Assembly (NCBI GenBank): GCA_028682895.1
Contig: JAJRAK010000029.1
Coordinates: forward strand, 7,156 to 71,155
Direction: 5' to 3'
DNA length: 64,000 nucleotides
DNA from: Methanomassiliicoccales archaeon
GTDB lineage: Archaea; Thermoplasmatota; Thermoplasmata; Methanomassiliicoccales; UBA472
The translations under genes and the position numbers were made by a program. The stretch's first letter is position 1. Every line of letters begins with the position of its first letter. Of this stretch, positions 1-9,657 are shown piece after piece. Below the pieces are notes generated by a model. It searched no databases and was not told the DNA's origin. It worked only from the letters and a program-made list of their open reading frames with translations.

Positions 1-262
<262 letters not shown>

Positions 263-334
263 GCCTAGGAACAACGCCGGCCCCGCATCTCTGAGCGAAA
301 GAGAGGGGATGCGGGACCAGCACCTTAACGAGAA

Positions 335-376
335 AGGGTCAGGCTCGGATGCCTGGTGCCCTCTCTTTTAATTTTG
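335..376 (+). terminator. Possible terminator region between convergent gdhA and the DUF116 gene
   Basis: An imperfect hairpin (agggtcagg...cctggtgccct) is followed directly by the T-rich run ctcttttaatttt. A second hairpin cccgcatc/gatgcggg lies at 282-315. Confidence 0.3.
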
Positions 377-428
377 ATCTATGCATAATGGATAAAAAGG
401 CGCTGAGCGCAGAGACCCGTCGGCCCGT

Positions 429-1097
429 TCACGTGTGAGGAGATCTCAGCATAGCGATCGACATGAGCTCTTGCAGATCGGCCAGGGTCTCTACGCAACC
501 ATCGGTCTTGTTGATCACGCCCATGACGATGACCCCTATCTTATCGGCGAACTCCAGTCCGTCCTTGACCTCCCTTATGCAGCCGACACCGATGATGGCA
601 CGGGGCAGGTACTTCTTGACCATGCGGTTGATGAAGGTGGAACCTGGAACGATGAAGACCTTGTAGCCCATCCCTTCCAGCTCATCTATCGTGTGGTCCA
701 GCTCGCACTTCCCGCAGTGCTTGCAGAACAGTCCCTCAGGAGTGAGGTTGGCCGGGCACTGTGATGAGCGGAGGCAATGCGGAAGGAAGATGGCCCTGTC
801 CTTGAAATCGGTGTTGGCGAAATCGCTCTCGCTCATGCTGTTGTGCAATCGTATGAAGAAGACGGTAAGCTTGTTGTCCTCGACACCGGCGAACTTGCAG
901 ACGCTGCGCACGACGCCGTCCATGAACTTGAAACCGGCACGCATAAGTCGGGGAAAATAGAACTTGTCGTGCTTGATCGAGAGAAGGACAACACCAGCTA
1001 TACAAACGATGAATAGCAGGAACAGTACCAGGAAAAGGATCGTCGCTTCGCTCAACACCAACAAAAGTTGCGACAAAGAATTGGTCTCGATCACCAT
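429..1097 (-). CDS. DUF116 family membrane protein
   Basis: N-terminal TM segment, then the Cys-rich block CLRSSQCPANLTPEGLFCKHCGKCEL and a C-terminal GVGC...DGC region, as I recall for DUF116 proteins. Confidence 0.7.
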   Translation of the reverse strand: MVIETNSLSQLLLVLSEATILFLVLFLLFIVCIAGVVLLSIKHDKFYFPRLMRAGFKFMDGVVRSVCKFAGVEDNKLTVFFIRLHNSMSESDFANTDFKDRAIFLPHCLRSSQCPANLTPEGLFCKHCGKCELDHTIDELEGMGYKVFIVPGSTFINRMVKKYLPRAIIGVGCIREVKDGLEFADKIGVIVMGVINKTDGCVETLADLQELMSIAMLRSPHT

Positions 1098-1264
1098 GAC
1101 AACTCCGATGCTTAATTATCTCCAACACTTGGAAGGATATTACGATATCGATTATGGAGAAGGATGACACCGAAGCACATTTGCGATGATGGACGGGCCC
1201 GCGCGGATGAGGATGGTCCGAAAGAAAAGAGAAAGAAAAATGTTTGGATGGAAGGGGTTTGCGC

Positions 1265-4200
1265 TCACTTCACCCTTCTAGGGACCATCATCACGACCGC
1301 GGCACCGGCCATGGCGACGATGATGACTATGGCCACGATGATGAAGATGTCGCCGCCCCCGTTCAGGGTCTTGTCCATCTCCACCTCGTCCAGTGCTAGC
1401 GTCTCCTCGGCGGTGACGGTGATGTTCATGCTGAGCATGTCATAACCATCGCGCTCGGCGGTCATCTCGTACGTTCCGGTCGGGACGTCCTCGAATAGGA
1501 AGTGACCTTCCTCGTCCGTCGTCGCAGTCATGCCGTTGCTAAGTGTGATCGTCACATTCGCCAATCCACGTCCGTAGGCATCGACCAGATCTCCCTCGAC
1601 ATCGCCTGCGTCGATGGTGCTGAAGGCCCATGTCAGCGATACGGTGTTGCCGGCAAGGTCCTTTCCGCTCATGGTGACCGTGTAATCACTGTTGTATTCC
1701 AGATCGGAAGCGGGTATGAAGGAATAGGTCGTGCCGCGGCCGGATATGGCGCCGTCTACACCGCTGATGGTGACCAAGATCGTACTGGCGTCCATGTCCT
1801 CGGAGAACACCGCGATAATGGCGGAGCTGACCGCGGCGCCGCTGCCCATGGGTGAGTGCGCAACGATCGTCGGGGATACCGTATCGATGATCAGGTGGAC
1901 GATGCCTTCGTTGAAGTTGCCGGCCAGGTCGTACGCCCTGACGTATATGGTGTAGTTGCCATCGTCGAGATCGTTGAGCGCGTAGCTCGTTCCGTTCACG
2001 ACGGCCCAGTTCACACCGTCCGTGCTCACGCTGCAGTATAATATGCCGGAAGCATCGGTGGTGTTCCAGAATACCACCAGGTCAACATCGTTGGAGTGAG
2101 CACCGTCCGCGGGGGTCACTTCCAGGACCGGGGCGATGGTATCTACCACGAACGTCGCCTGTCCGTACCCGATGTTGCCGACGGCGTCCGTCGCCCTGAG
2201 CTGTACGGTATAGGTACCGTCAGCGAGGGTGGACAGTGCGTACGAGCTGCCGCTCACCGATGTCCAGGTCGTCCCATCCATACTGATCTCCGTGTGAGAT
2301 ATGCCGGACGTGACGTCGGAGGCCGTCCATGTGACCGTGACAGCTGGGTCGTTCAGATAGGAGCCGTTGCCGGGAGCTGTGATCACGACCGATGGAGCGG
2401 TCGTGTCCACGATGACCGTGATGACCATCCACTCGTTGTTCCCGGCCTTGTCGAACGCCCTGACGGAAATGATGTGCGTGCCGTCAGATGCCCCTCTAAA
2501 AGTGTAGGAAGTGGCGTTAGCGGGGAGACTTGTGATCACACCGTCCACGCTCACCCAGTAGTGGTCCACACCGCACCGGTCATCACTTCCGGTCCAGGTG
2601 ATAGTTACATTGCTGTCGGCATCGTAGGAACCGTCAGATGGCACTGTGATCGTCACCGACGGGTCGGTCCGATCGATGATGAACGAGATCGCGGTGATGT
2701 TGAAGTTCCCTACGTTGTCATATGCCCTTACGCGGACCGTGTAGTTGCCTTCGGCCAGGTCGGTAAACAAGTAGCTGGTGCCATTCACCAATACCCATTC
2801 CCCCCCGTTCACACTGATGCTGCAGTTGGCGATGCCGATGATATCCTCGGCCTCCCAGGACAGAAGGACCGTGCCCGGGTTAAGGCTCGTTCCGTTCGCG
2901 GGCGAGGTGATGTAGACCGTGGGATCGGTCAGGTCGATGATGATGACCATCGAGGTCACGATGTAGTTGCCGAGGGCGTCGGTGGCGTTGAAGTATATCG
3001 TATGAATGCCCTCGGAGAGCGTGCCGTTGGTGTAGCTGGTGACATCCGTTACATTGACCCAGGTGCCGTTGTCAAAGCGTATCAGGACGCTGCTGACCCC
3101 GGCGATTGCATCACTAACGGTCCAATTGACAGGCACCACACCGTTACCGTGGTACGAATCGTTCGCAGGGGATGATACCACGACCACCGGGGCGGTGGTA
3201 TCGACGGAGACGGTCACATTGGTCTCGTTAAAGTTGCCAGCGCGATCATAGGCCCTCACGAACAATGTATAGTTGCCATCGGCCAAGGAGAACATGTGCT
3301 CCGTACCGGTGACGTTCGTCCAGGTGGTCCCGTCAGAGCTGACGGCGTAATGGTCTATGCCAGAGAGGGTATCGCTGGCGGTCCATGTCACCATCACGCT
3401 GCCGGTACTGTTCACATAGCCATTTGCTGGTGCATCGATGGCCAGGGACGGGGCTGTGACATCGTAGATGAAGTAAAAGATGCCATGAACGCTATTTCCA
3501 GCCATATCGACGAAAGTACATTCAAAGTAGCCATTGCCCTCCGTGCTCAAGCCTATCGTGGCAATGATGCCATCATAGTTTGTGTAAAAGATAATGCCCA
3601 TAAAACTGCTAAGAGAACAATTCATGATACGCAGCCTCTCGAACCCTATAGGAGCGTAATCTGACACGTTCACGTAGATATCCAGGGTGTTCTGATTTGT
3701 ATAGAATGTCGAACCGTCCGCGGGCGTCAGAGAGAACGTGATACCGGTGCTGTACACCACTGTCACATTATCGGACAGGACGCGACCTAGGGCATCGGTC
3801 ATGGTGACGGTGATGTTGTTGGTCCCTTCCATGAGGCTCACGTTGCCAGTCCATGTTGTCGTACCGATGCATGATCCAGATTCATCGTTAGCATCGTTGT
3901 ACCACACGATCGACGTTATGCATGCGTCCGCCGCCTCCCCGCGGATGGTGATGTTGGAGATGTTGGTATAGGCTAACGTCGCTGGGGAGGTGATACCTAT
4001 CGAAGCGTTCGCGATCGGACGTAGGTCAGCATTCCCTGCGCCGCCGTCCAAGGCGTAGCTCACGTCAACCAAGCCGTCGTGATCGGCATCGGGATATGTC
4101 CGATCGCTCCAGAGGTTGCCATATGTGGAGTTCCATCTGTTGTCGCCGTCATCGTATGCCTGTACGGCCGATGAATTATAAACGACGCCTGCGCCGTTGT

Positions 4201-7200
4201 TGGATGTCAGTTCGTTCCCGAACAGCAGGTTTCCGGTCGATGCGTTCAGATAGATGCCGTAGCCGTCGCTCCCGTAGATGGAATTGGCGTTGATGCTGTT
4301 GTTCTCAGAATTATTGAGATAGATGCCGTTGTCCGAGCTGCTATTGACTGAGTTGCCGTACACGACGGTGTCATTGCTGTCATACAAAGATATGCCGTAA
4401 TCGGCCATTGCGATCATGTTCTCGTTGATGATGTTCCTGTGGCTTTCCTCGATCTTCACTCCCTCGCCGCATAGGCCGATGAGATTGGAGGAGATGGCGC
4501 TATCGTTGGTCTGATAGAAACATATGCCCATGTTAACGTAGATGATCTGGTTGCCTGTCACGTTGATGCCTGAAGATTCCGTGATGTTTATCCCGAAATT
4601 GTGGTTCGAACAGCTGTTCCCCACCACGGTGCTGTTCAAATTCGTGAACAACGCAATGCCGCAGAAGCTACTGGTGCAGCTATTGTTCGATACCAGGTTG
4701 TTTTGGGAGATCGTGCTCCCTTCCGAGCGGATGAAGATACTGATCCATGACCCTTCGCAGACGTTCCCGGTCACTGTGCTGCCTGAGGTGGAGTCGAGGC
4801 AGATGTCGCGCATGTTGTATTCGCAGGTATTGTTCCAGATGTCGCAATCAGAGGAATCGAGCAGATAGACCCCGTAGCCAGCTTCTGTGCCGTAGCAGTA
4901 CATGATGCGGTTCTCGAACACCTCGATGTTGTTGCAGGAGAACAGGTACGTACCGTTCGCGTTTTCATTGAGCGTGTTGTCATCGATATCGATATGATGA
5001 CAGTATTCCGCCCGGATGCCATCGGTGCTGTTGATGAGCGTGTTGCCTGTCACGTTCAGGTAGGAAGAGGACAGCAGGTTCACACCGGTGACGTTACTGT
5101 CGTAGAACAGGTTGTTCGAGATCGTGTTGCTGTTCGAACTGAATATCTGGACGCCCACTGAGTTGTTTACGAGCGTATTGTTCGTGACGATGTTGTTGAA
5201 CCCCGTGTCAATGCTGACACCTATGCTGTTGTTGCAGAGCAGGTTGCCCGATACGACATTTCTGCTGGAGTAGTAGACCCATATCCCATCCTGACCGTTG
5301 GGGCAGGTGTTGTTCATGACGACATTGTCATCGGAGTAGTAGAGATAGATGCTGTATGAGCAATCGATGTCCCCGTTACATGTGTTCCCCGAAATGGTAT
5401 TATTAAACGAGGAACCCACGTAGATACCGTAATCGGTATTGACGTTCCCGATGCAGGTGTTGTTGATGATAGTATTGAAGTTGCAATTGCTAGCCAATGA
5501 GATACCGATACCATCATTGTCAGAACAATTGTTCTCGGAGATGACATTACTGGAACAGGAACTAAAGAGCGATATTCCGTTCTGGGTGTTCTCGGTGCAG
5601 GTGTTGTTCGACACCAGGTTATCACCTGATGAATATGCGTATATGCCTATCATGCTACCATAGCAAGTGTTATTGGCTACCGTACTCTCCGTCACCGCAT
5701 TGAGGAATATCCCGTACACGGTGCTGTAGCAGAGGTTGTTGGTTATCGTCTCGTTCGTCGAGCTCTCGACGAAGATGCCCGAGCTGCCCGAATTGGTCGT
5801 CGTACAGGTGTTGTTCTCGAAATGGTTGTGATCACTGGAAACCACGACATAGATGCCCCTGTCCTTGTTCCCGACGAGATCGTTGTTAGCAATGTAGTTG
5901 CTGTCGGAGCTGTAGAGGTGTATGCCATTGGTGTTCCCGGTGCAGGTGTTGTTCGTTACTCTGTTGTTTTCGCACCCAGAGTATGCCAGGCATATGCCGT
6001 GCGAGATGAAGTTATTGCAGGTGTTGTTATCGATGATGTTGCTGAACGATGATTCCAGGCGGATGCCACTGTCGCTACCTGTGATACAAACGTTGTTCGA
6101 TACGATGCCGCCGTTTGAGCTTACAAGCATAATGCCGAAGTAGTCATTGTTGCACACGTTGTTCGTCACGATCAAGTTGGATGACGAGAGAGACCTGATA
6201 CCGCAGTCGTTCGTGTTGCCGTTGCAGGTGTTGCCTGTGATCGTAGTGTTGGGAGAGTACCCGACATTGATGCCGTTCGTGTTGCCGTTGCAGGTGTTGG
6301 CTACGACGGTGCAGTTGGACGAGGATAGGATGTAAATACCGTTCCTATCGCTATAGCAGGTGTTGTACGATATGGTGTTGTTGCTGGAGCCCCAGACGAG
6401 TATTCCGCCACGGATGTTGCTGTAACAGGTGTTGTAACTGACGGTGTTGAACGTGCTTCCGGATTCCAGCTGGATCCCGTTCCCGCTGTAGTCGTCTTCG
6501 TTGCGATTGGAGCTACGACATGTGTTGTTCGATACATCGTTATAGCTGGAAGAGCTCAGAAGGATGCAGTTATAGTACCCGCTGACGCAGGTGTTTCTTG
6601 AGACCGTATTATTGTTAGAGTATTCGAGGAGTATGCTGTGGAAATGACCGGTAAGCGTATTGCCGCTGATGATGTTGTGGTTCGAACCGGTGATGCGTAT
6701 GCCGCTGTCGTATGAACCGGTGGTGCAGGTGTTGCTGAGAATCTGGTTATAATGTGAATTTTCGACAAGGATGCCCATGTAAGTATTTTCATTCACGGTG
6801 TTGCCCGAGAGGGTGTTGTTGCTGCTGCCCCCGTACATGTGGATACCGTAATAGTTGCCGTTACAGTTGTTGTTCACTATGAGCACGTGCTGGACATTGA
6901 CCAGGACGATCCCGCCATCGGATGAGGCGCCGTGAAGATTGCAATAACTTATGGTGACATATGAAACGGTGTTGGCGATGTAGATGCAATAAGTGCTGGC
7001 CGTTATATCATAAGCTAGAATGCTGTAGGGGTTGGATGAAGATCCATCTCCACTCCATCCTTCCGACGCTGCCATGCTCACCAGTTGTGATTCGTTGTAG
7101 ATGATTATGGGTGAATGAGTGGTAAGTGTAGGTGCTTTAACAGCGTCCGTAGCGCTGGCCGTGCCAGACGTTCCGACTGAAATAAAGATGGCGGCCATGA

Positions 7201-7246
7201 ATAAAACGAAAGCTATGCTCAGCAATCTCTTAGAAATGCTCCTCAT
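1265..7246 (-). CDS. Giant (1993 aa) surface protein: signal peptide, long right-handed parallel beta-helix (PbH1/NosD-like) region, tandem Ig-like domains, CarboxypepD_reg-like domain, C-terminal TM anchor
   Basis: Uninterrupted 5.98-kb ORF. N-terminal signal-like LLSIAFVLFMAAIFISVGTSGTASA. Dozens of ~22-aa N-x-[IV]-x-x-N-x-C/I units. Repeated VDTTAP...W..SD..SG[IV]..Y...DG..W..V.G.SY....L.DG.Y...VRA.D.AGN modules. C-terminal IFIIVAIVIIVAMAGAAVVMMV followed by PRRVK. Confidence 0.9.
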   Translation of the reverse strand: MRSISKRLLSIAFVLFMAAIFISVGTSGTASATDAVKAPTLTTHSPIIIYNESQLVSMAASEGWSGDGSSSNPYSILAYDITASTYCIYIANTVSYVTISYCNLHGASSDGGIVLVNVQHVLIVNNNCNGNYYGIHMYGGSSNNTLSGNTVNENTYMGILVENSHYNQILSNTCTTGSYDSGIRITGSNHNIISGNTLTGHFHSILLEYSNNNTVSRNTCVSGYYNCILLSSSSYNDVSNNTCRSSNRNEDDYSGNGIQLESGSTFNTVSYNTCYSNIRGGILVWGSSNNTISYNTCYSDRNGIYILSSSNCTVVANTCNGNTNGINVGYSPNTTITGNTCNGNTNDCGIRSLSSSNLIVTNNVCNNDYFGIMLVSSNGGIVSNNVCITGSDSGIRLESSFSNIIDNNTCNNFISHGICLAYSGCENNRVTNNTCTGNTNGIHLYSSDSNYIANNDLVGNKDRGIYVVVSSDHNHFENNTCTTTNSGSSGIFVESSTNETITNNLCYSTVYGIFLNAVTESTVANNTCYGSMIGIYAYSSGDNLVSNNTCTENTQNGISLFSSCSSNVISENNCSDNDGIGISLASNCNFNTIINNTCIGNVNTDYGIYVGSSFNNTISGNTCNGDIDCSYSIYLYYSDDNVVMNNTCPNGQDGIWVYYSSRNVVSGNLLCNNSIGVSIDTGFNNIVTNNTLVNNSVGVQIFSSNSNTISNNLFYDSNVTGVNLLSSSYLNVTGNTLINSTDGIRAEYCHHIDIDDNTLNENANGTYLFSCNNIEVFENRIMYCYGTEAGYGVYLLDSSDCDIWNNTCEYNMRDICLDSTSGSTVTGNVCEGSWISIFIRSEGSTISQNNLVSNNSCTSSFCGIALFTNLNSTVVGNSCSNHNFGINITESSGINVTGNQIIYVNMGICFYQTNDSAISSNLIGLCGEGVKIEESHRNIINENMIAMADYGISLYDSNDTVVYGNSVNSSSDNGIYLNNSENNSINANSIYGSDGYGIYLNASTGNLLFGNELTSNNGAGVVYNSSAVQAYDDGDNRWNSTYGNLWSDRTYPDADHDGLVDVSYALDGGAGNADLRPIANASIGITSPATLAYTNISNITIRGEAADACITSIVWYNDANDESGSCIGTTTWTGNVSLMEGTNNITVTMTDALGRVLSDNVTVVYSTGITFSLTPADGSTFYTNQNTLDIYVNVSDYAPIGFERLRIMNCSLSSFMGIIFYTNYDGIIATIGLSTEGNGYFECTFVDMAGNSVHGIFYFIYDVTAPSLAIDAPANGYVNSTGSVMVTWTASDTLSGIDHYAVSSDGTTWTNVTGTEHMFSLADGNYTLFVRAYDRAGNFNETNVTVSVDTTAPVVVVSSPANDSYHGNGVVPVNWTVSDAIAGVSSVLIRFDNGTWVNVTDVTSYTNGTLSEGIHTIYFNATDALGNYIVTSMVIIIDLTDPTVYITSPANGTSLNPGTVLLSWEAEDIIGIANCSISVNGGEWVLVNGTSYLFTDLAEGNYTVRVRAYDNVGNFNITAISFIIDRTDPSVTITVPSDGSYDADSNVTITWTGSDDRCGVDHYWVSVDGVITSLPANATSYTFRGASDGTHIISVRAFDKAGNNEWMVITVIVDTTAPSVVITAPGNGSYLNDPAVTVTWTASDVTSGISHTEISMDGTTWTSVSGSSYALSTLADGTYTVQLRATDAVGNIGYGQATFVVDTIAPVLEVTPADGAHSNDVDLVVFWNTTDASGILYCSVSTDGVNWAVVNGTSYALNDLDDGNYTIYVRAYDLAGNFNEGIVHLIIDTVSPTIVAHSPMGSGAAVSSAIIAVFSEDMDASTILVTISGVDGAISGRGTTYSFIPASDLEYNSDYTVTMSGKDLAGNTVSLTWAFSTIDAGDVEGDLVDAYGRGLANVTITLSNGMTATTDEEGHFLFEDVPTGTYEMTAERDGYDMLSMNITVTAEETLALDEVEMDKTLNGGGDIFIIVAIVIIVAMAGAAVVMMVPRRVK
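1880..3475 (-). repeat. Six tandem ~265-280 bp coding repeats (Ig-like modules) inside the 1993-aa gene
   Basis: Each unit starts with a D-[VTL]-T-[AD]-P boundary (DVTAP, DTTAP, DLTDP, DRTDP, DTTAP, DTIAP, DTVSP) and carries the W..SD..SGI and VRAYD.AGN blocks. Coordinates are approximate. Confidence 0.75.
4150..6950 (-). repeat. Parallel beta-helix (PbH1-type) coding repeat region of the 1993-aa gene
   Basis: Continuous run of short degenerate units such as NNTCxxNxxGIxLxxSxxNxIxxN. Coordinates are approximate. Confidence 0.7.
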
Positions 7247-7491
7247 AAGTCGATCCCCCTGATACCGATTGAGGAGGGTGAGGGCGGAAAGGGGATATTT
7301 AGATACCGATTCCTAAAGAGTGAACTTTGAACGACCCGGGGCTTTCATCGGTGTGTTTTTTCAATGAAAATCGGTCATTTTTCAGCTTTAACACGAGTTA
7401 CGTACAATCCAGTTAAATACCAGAGACGTTATCGCAATTCTATCTTACGACCGCAAGGAAGTAGGAAATAACAACATAGGTAGTTTAGTCA

Positions 7492-7674
7492 ATGTATGGC
7501 AACAGAGGTAATTCCGGGGGCTTCCGCCCCAGAAACGACGGGCCCCGCGAGATGCACGATGTAGTTTGTTCCGACTGCGGAGCAAAGACCCAGGTCCCTT
7601 TCAAACCGACTGAGGGCAGGCCTGTTTACTGCAGGGACTGCTTCCAGAAGCACAAGCCGAAGGACAGGTTCTAA
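7492..7674 (+). CDS. Small CxxC-x17-CxxC zinc-ribbon protein
   Basis: 60 aa with an RG-rich N-terminus, then CSDCGAKTQVPFKPTEGRPVYCRDCF, which fits the CxxC-x17-CxxC domain pattern. TAA stop. Confidence 0.75.
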   Translation: MYGNRGNSGGFRPRNDGPREMHDVVCSDCGAKTQVPFKPTEGRPVYCRDCFQKHKPKDRF

Positions 7675-7693
7675 ACTAGTATCTGAAACCTTT

Positions 7694-7731
7694 TTGGGGC
7701 GAATGCCCCAAATTCCTTAATTTTATCTTTT
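7694..7731 (+). terminator. Hairpin plus T-rich tract downstream of the zinc-ribbon gene
   Basis: Perfect 7-bp stem ttggggc / gccccaa with loop gaat (7694-7711), followed by ttaattttatctttt. Confidence 0.5.
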
Positions 7732-7891
7732 AATTTCCTGGATCGTCCGATTATATCCATATATGATCATTGGATGCGACCGTTCACTTGCCCCTATCTG
7801 ATCCATGTTCTTCCGGATTTGGACATGAATATCGCTTGCACCGCACCGTTTTAATACCGCACCAGGAATGAAACCTTAGGGATGGGAGCAG

Positions 7892-8617
7892 ATGACCGAG
7901 TTCAAGGATTCAGACTGGACGGACGGCGATTTCGTGGACGGGTTCCTGGACGCCGTGGACCTGAAGATACCGCAACGGCAGAGAATGTTCGACCTTGCCG
8001 CTTCGTATTACAGGCACTTCCTGTCGGGCAAGAAGGGCAATTCGATCATGGACCTGGGTTGCGGGGACGGAGTGCTCACCCGGAGACTGCTGGACGTCGA
8101 CGGGACGATATCCGCGGTGCTGGTGGACGCCTCCCCTGAGATGATAGAGAAGGCCAGGAAGAAATTGTCAAATCATGAGCGGGTGAAATACGTCAACACC
8201 AGCTTCGAGGAGATGATAAGGACCGATGCTAGGATGGGGCCGTTCGACCTGGTGATCTCATCCCTTGCCATCCATCATCTTACGCTCAAGGACAAGAGGC
8301 GCATGTTCCAGCTCATCTATCGGAACCTGGGCCCGGGAGGACATTTCGTGAACATAGACACCATGCTTCCGCCCACGGAATCGCTGGAGAACTGGTATCT
8401 AGAGCTGTGGGAGGAGTGGATGCGCCGTCGTTGCGACGACGCCCAGTTCACCGAGGGCATGGCCCTGATGAACGGGCATCATCAGGTCGAGGCGCACCAC
8501 GCCTGCCTGGACACCTTGACGGACCAGTTGGCCCTTTTGAAGGACGTTGGATTCACCGATGTGGATGTGGTGTTCAAGGACGGCATATACACCATATACT
8601 GCGGCCGCAGACCTTGA
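7892..8617 (+). CDS. Class I SAM-dependent methyltransferase
   Basis: Motif I IMDLGCGDGVLT, post-I VDASPEM, and the later LVISSLAIHHL and GGHFVNID blocks. Confidence 0.8.
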   Translation: MTEFKDSDWTDGDFVDGFLDAVDLKIPQRQRMFDLAASYYRHFLSGKKGNSIMDLGCGDGVLTRRLLDVDGTISAVLVDASPEMIEKARKKLSNHERVKYVNTSFEEMIRTDARMGPFDLVISSLAIHHLTLKDKRRMFQLIYRNLGPGGHFVNIDTMLPPTESLENWYLELWEEWMRRRCDDAQFTEGMALMNGHHQVEAHHACLDTLTDQLALLKDVGFTDVDVVFKDGIYTIYCGRRP

Positions 8618-8646
8618 GCACCATCCATCATCGACCGGCGGTGAGC

Positions 8647-9501
8647 TCAGACCAACCTAATCACCGATACTGTCCACTGCACCCCTAAAAGCCCGACGGT
8701 GGTCCAGATGACCTCCTTGCGGACCTCTTCCCCGGAAGTTATGAACGAATAGCTGCCGACGCCGCTGCTCTCGTCGACCATCCTGTGGGCGATGGCCTTG
8801 ATCTCAGTGAAGTTCTCATATATGGGGTCGGTGAAGGTGTTCCTTCCGATCTGGCCCTCGTCAATGTCGTAAAGGACGACGCCGTCCTCCTGCAAGGTCA
8901 TGATGCTTAGTTCGTCGTTCGCCTGTGCCTCGGTGATGTTGCCGATCATCCAATCAGGACGGAACATGGGGGCGATGGTTCCGTTGATCTTGCCCTCATC
9001 ATCGAAGACCGGGTAGACCATGTACACTGCGTAGTATCCCTGCACCACCCAATCGAGGGGACTGATGGCGGACCGTCCTTGTTCCAACGCCAGTTCCATG
9101 GTGTCCTGATAGCTGATGTCCATCCCGATGATGTTGGAGAACGATGATGGTTGAACGGTAAGGATGGTGCCGTTGACGTCGGTCGTGAGGACGCTCACAA
9201 TATTAGATGAAACGTTGGCGACGGCCCTGAGGACCATGCCAGCATTACTATCGTTCAGATCGCGCCCCTGAAGCTCGGTGGCCGCCTCGGATGTGGCATG
9301 ATCTATCAGGACGAGCTCCTGCTGGATATCGGCAGAGACGTTCACCAGGTATTGGGTCGCCTCCACCTCCAATATCTGTTCGTCCAGGTCGTCGGAGACC
9401 GATGCCATGCCGCCCCATACCATCGCCAGAGCACCTGCTTCAACGATCACCAGTGCCACGAGTATTGCTAGAATGACATTGATATTCTTACTGTCGCCCA
9501 T
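8647..9501 (-). CDS. Membrane-anchored extracellular Cache/PDC-like sensor-domain protein with no output domain
   Basis: Single N-terminal TM (INVILAILVALVIVEAGALAMVW), then ~250 aa resembling the periplasmic Cache fold (tandem alpha/beta modules with GY.AVYMVYPVFD..G..NG). The protein ends right after the sensor region. Confidence 0.55.
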   Translation of the reverse strand: MGDSKNINVILAILVALVIVEAGALAMVWGGMASVSDDLDEQILEVEATQYLVNVSADIQQELVLIDHATSEAATELQGRDLNDSNAGMVLRAVANVSSNIVSVLTTDVNGTILTVQPSSFSNIIGMDISYQDTMELALEQGRSAISPLDWVVQGYYAVYMVYPVFDDEGKINGTIAPMFRPDWMIGNITEAQANDELSIMTLQEDGVVLYDIDEGQIGRNTFTDPIYENFTEIKAIAHRMVDESSGVGSYSFITSGEEVRKEVIWTTVGLLGVQWTVSVIRLV

Positions 9502-9657
9502 GTTCCTACCACCTCAAAACGACGGGTGATGGCCCAACGGTAATTAATTATTTGCTGGCGATGACGGAAATAAGAAAAAAGGTGGTTTGAGCGCCCTCAT
9601 GTCGTTACCTCATCCGTAGGGAGGGCGCTTTGGTCCCGGGACCGTCGAGACCGGGGG

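Noticed and set aside
7315-7326. An identical 12-mer AAAGAGTGAACT upstream of two minus-strand genes (7315-7326 and 13845-13856).
   Set aside because: Chance 12-mer matches are expected many times in 64 kb. In both places it overlaps the BRE/TATA region (minus strand AGTTCACTCTTTA), so it probably reflects generic promoter sequence rather than a specific regulatory site.
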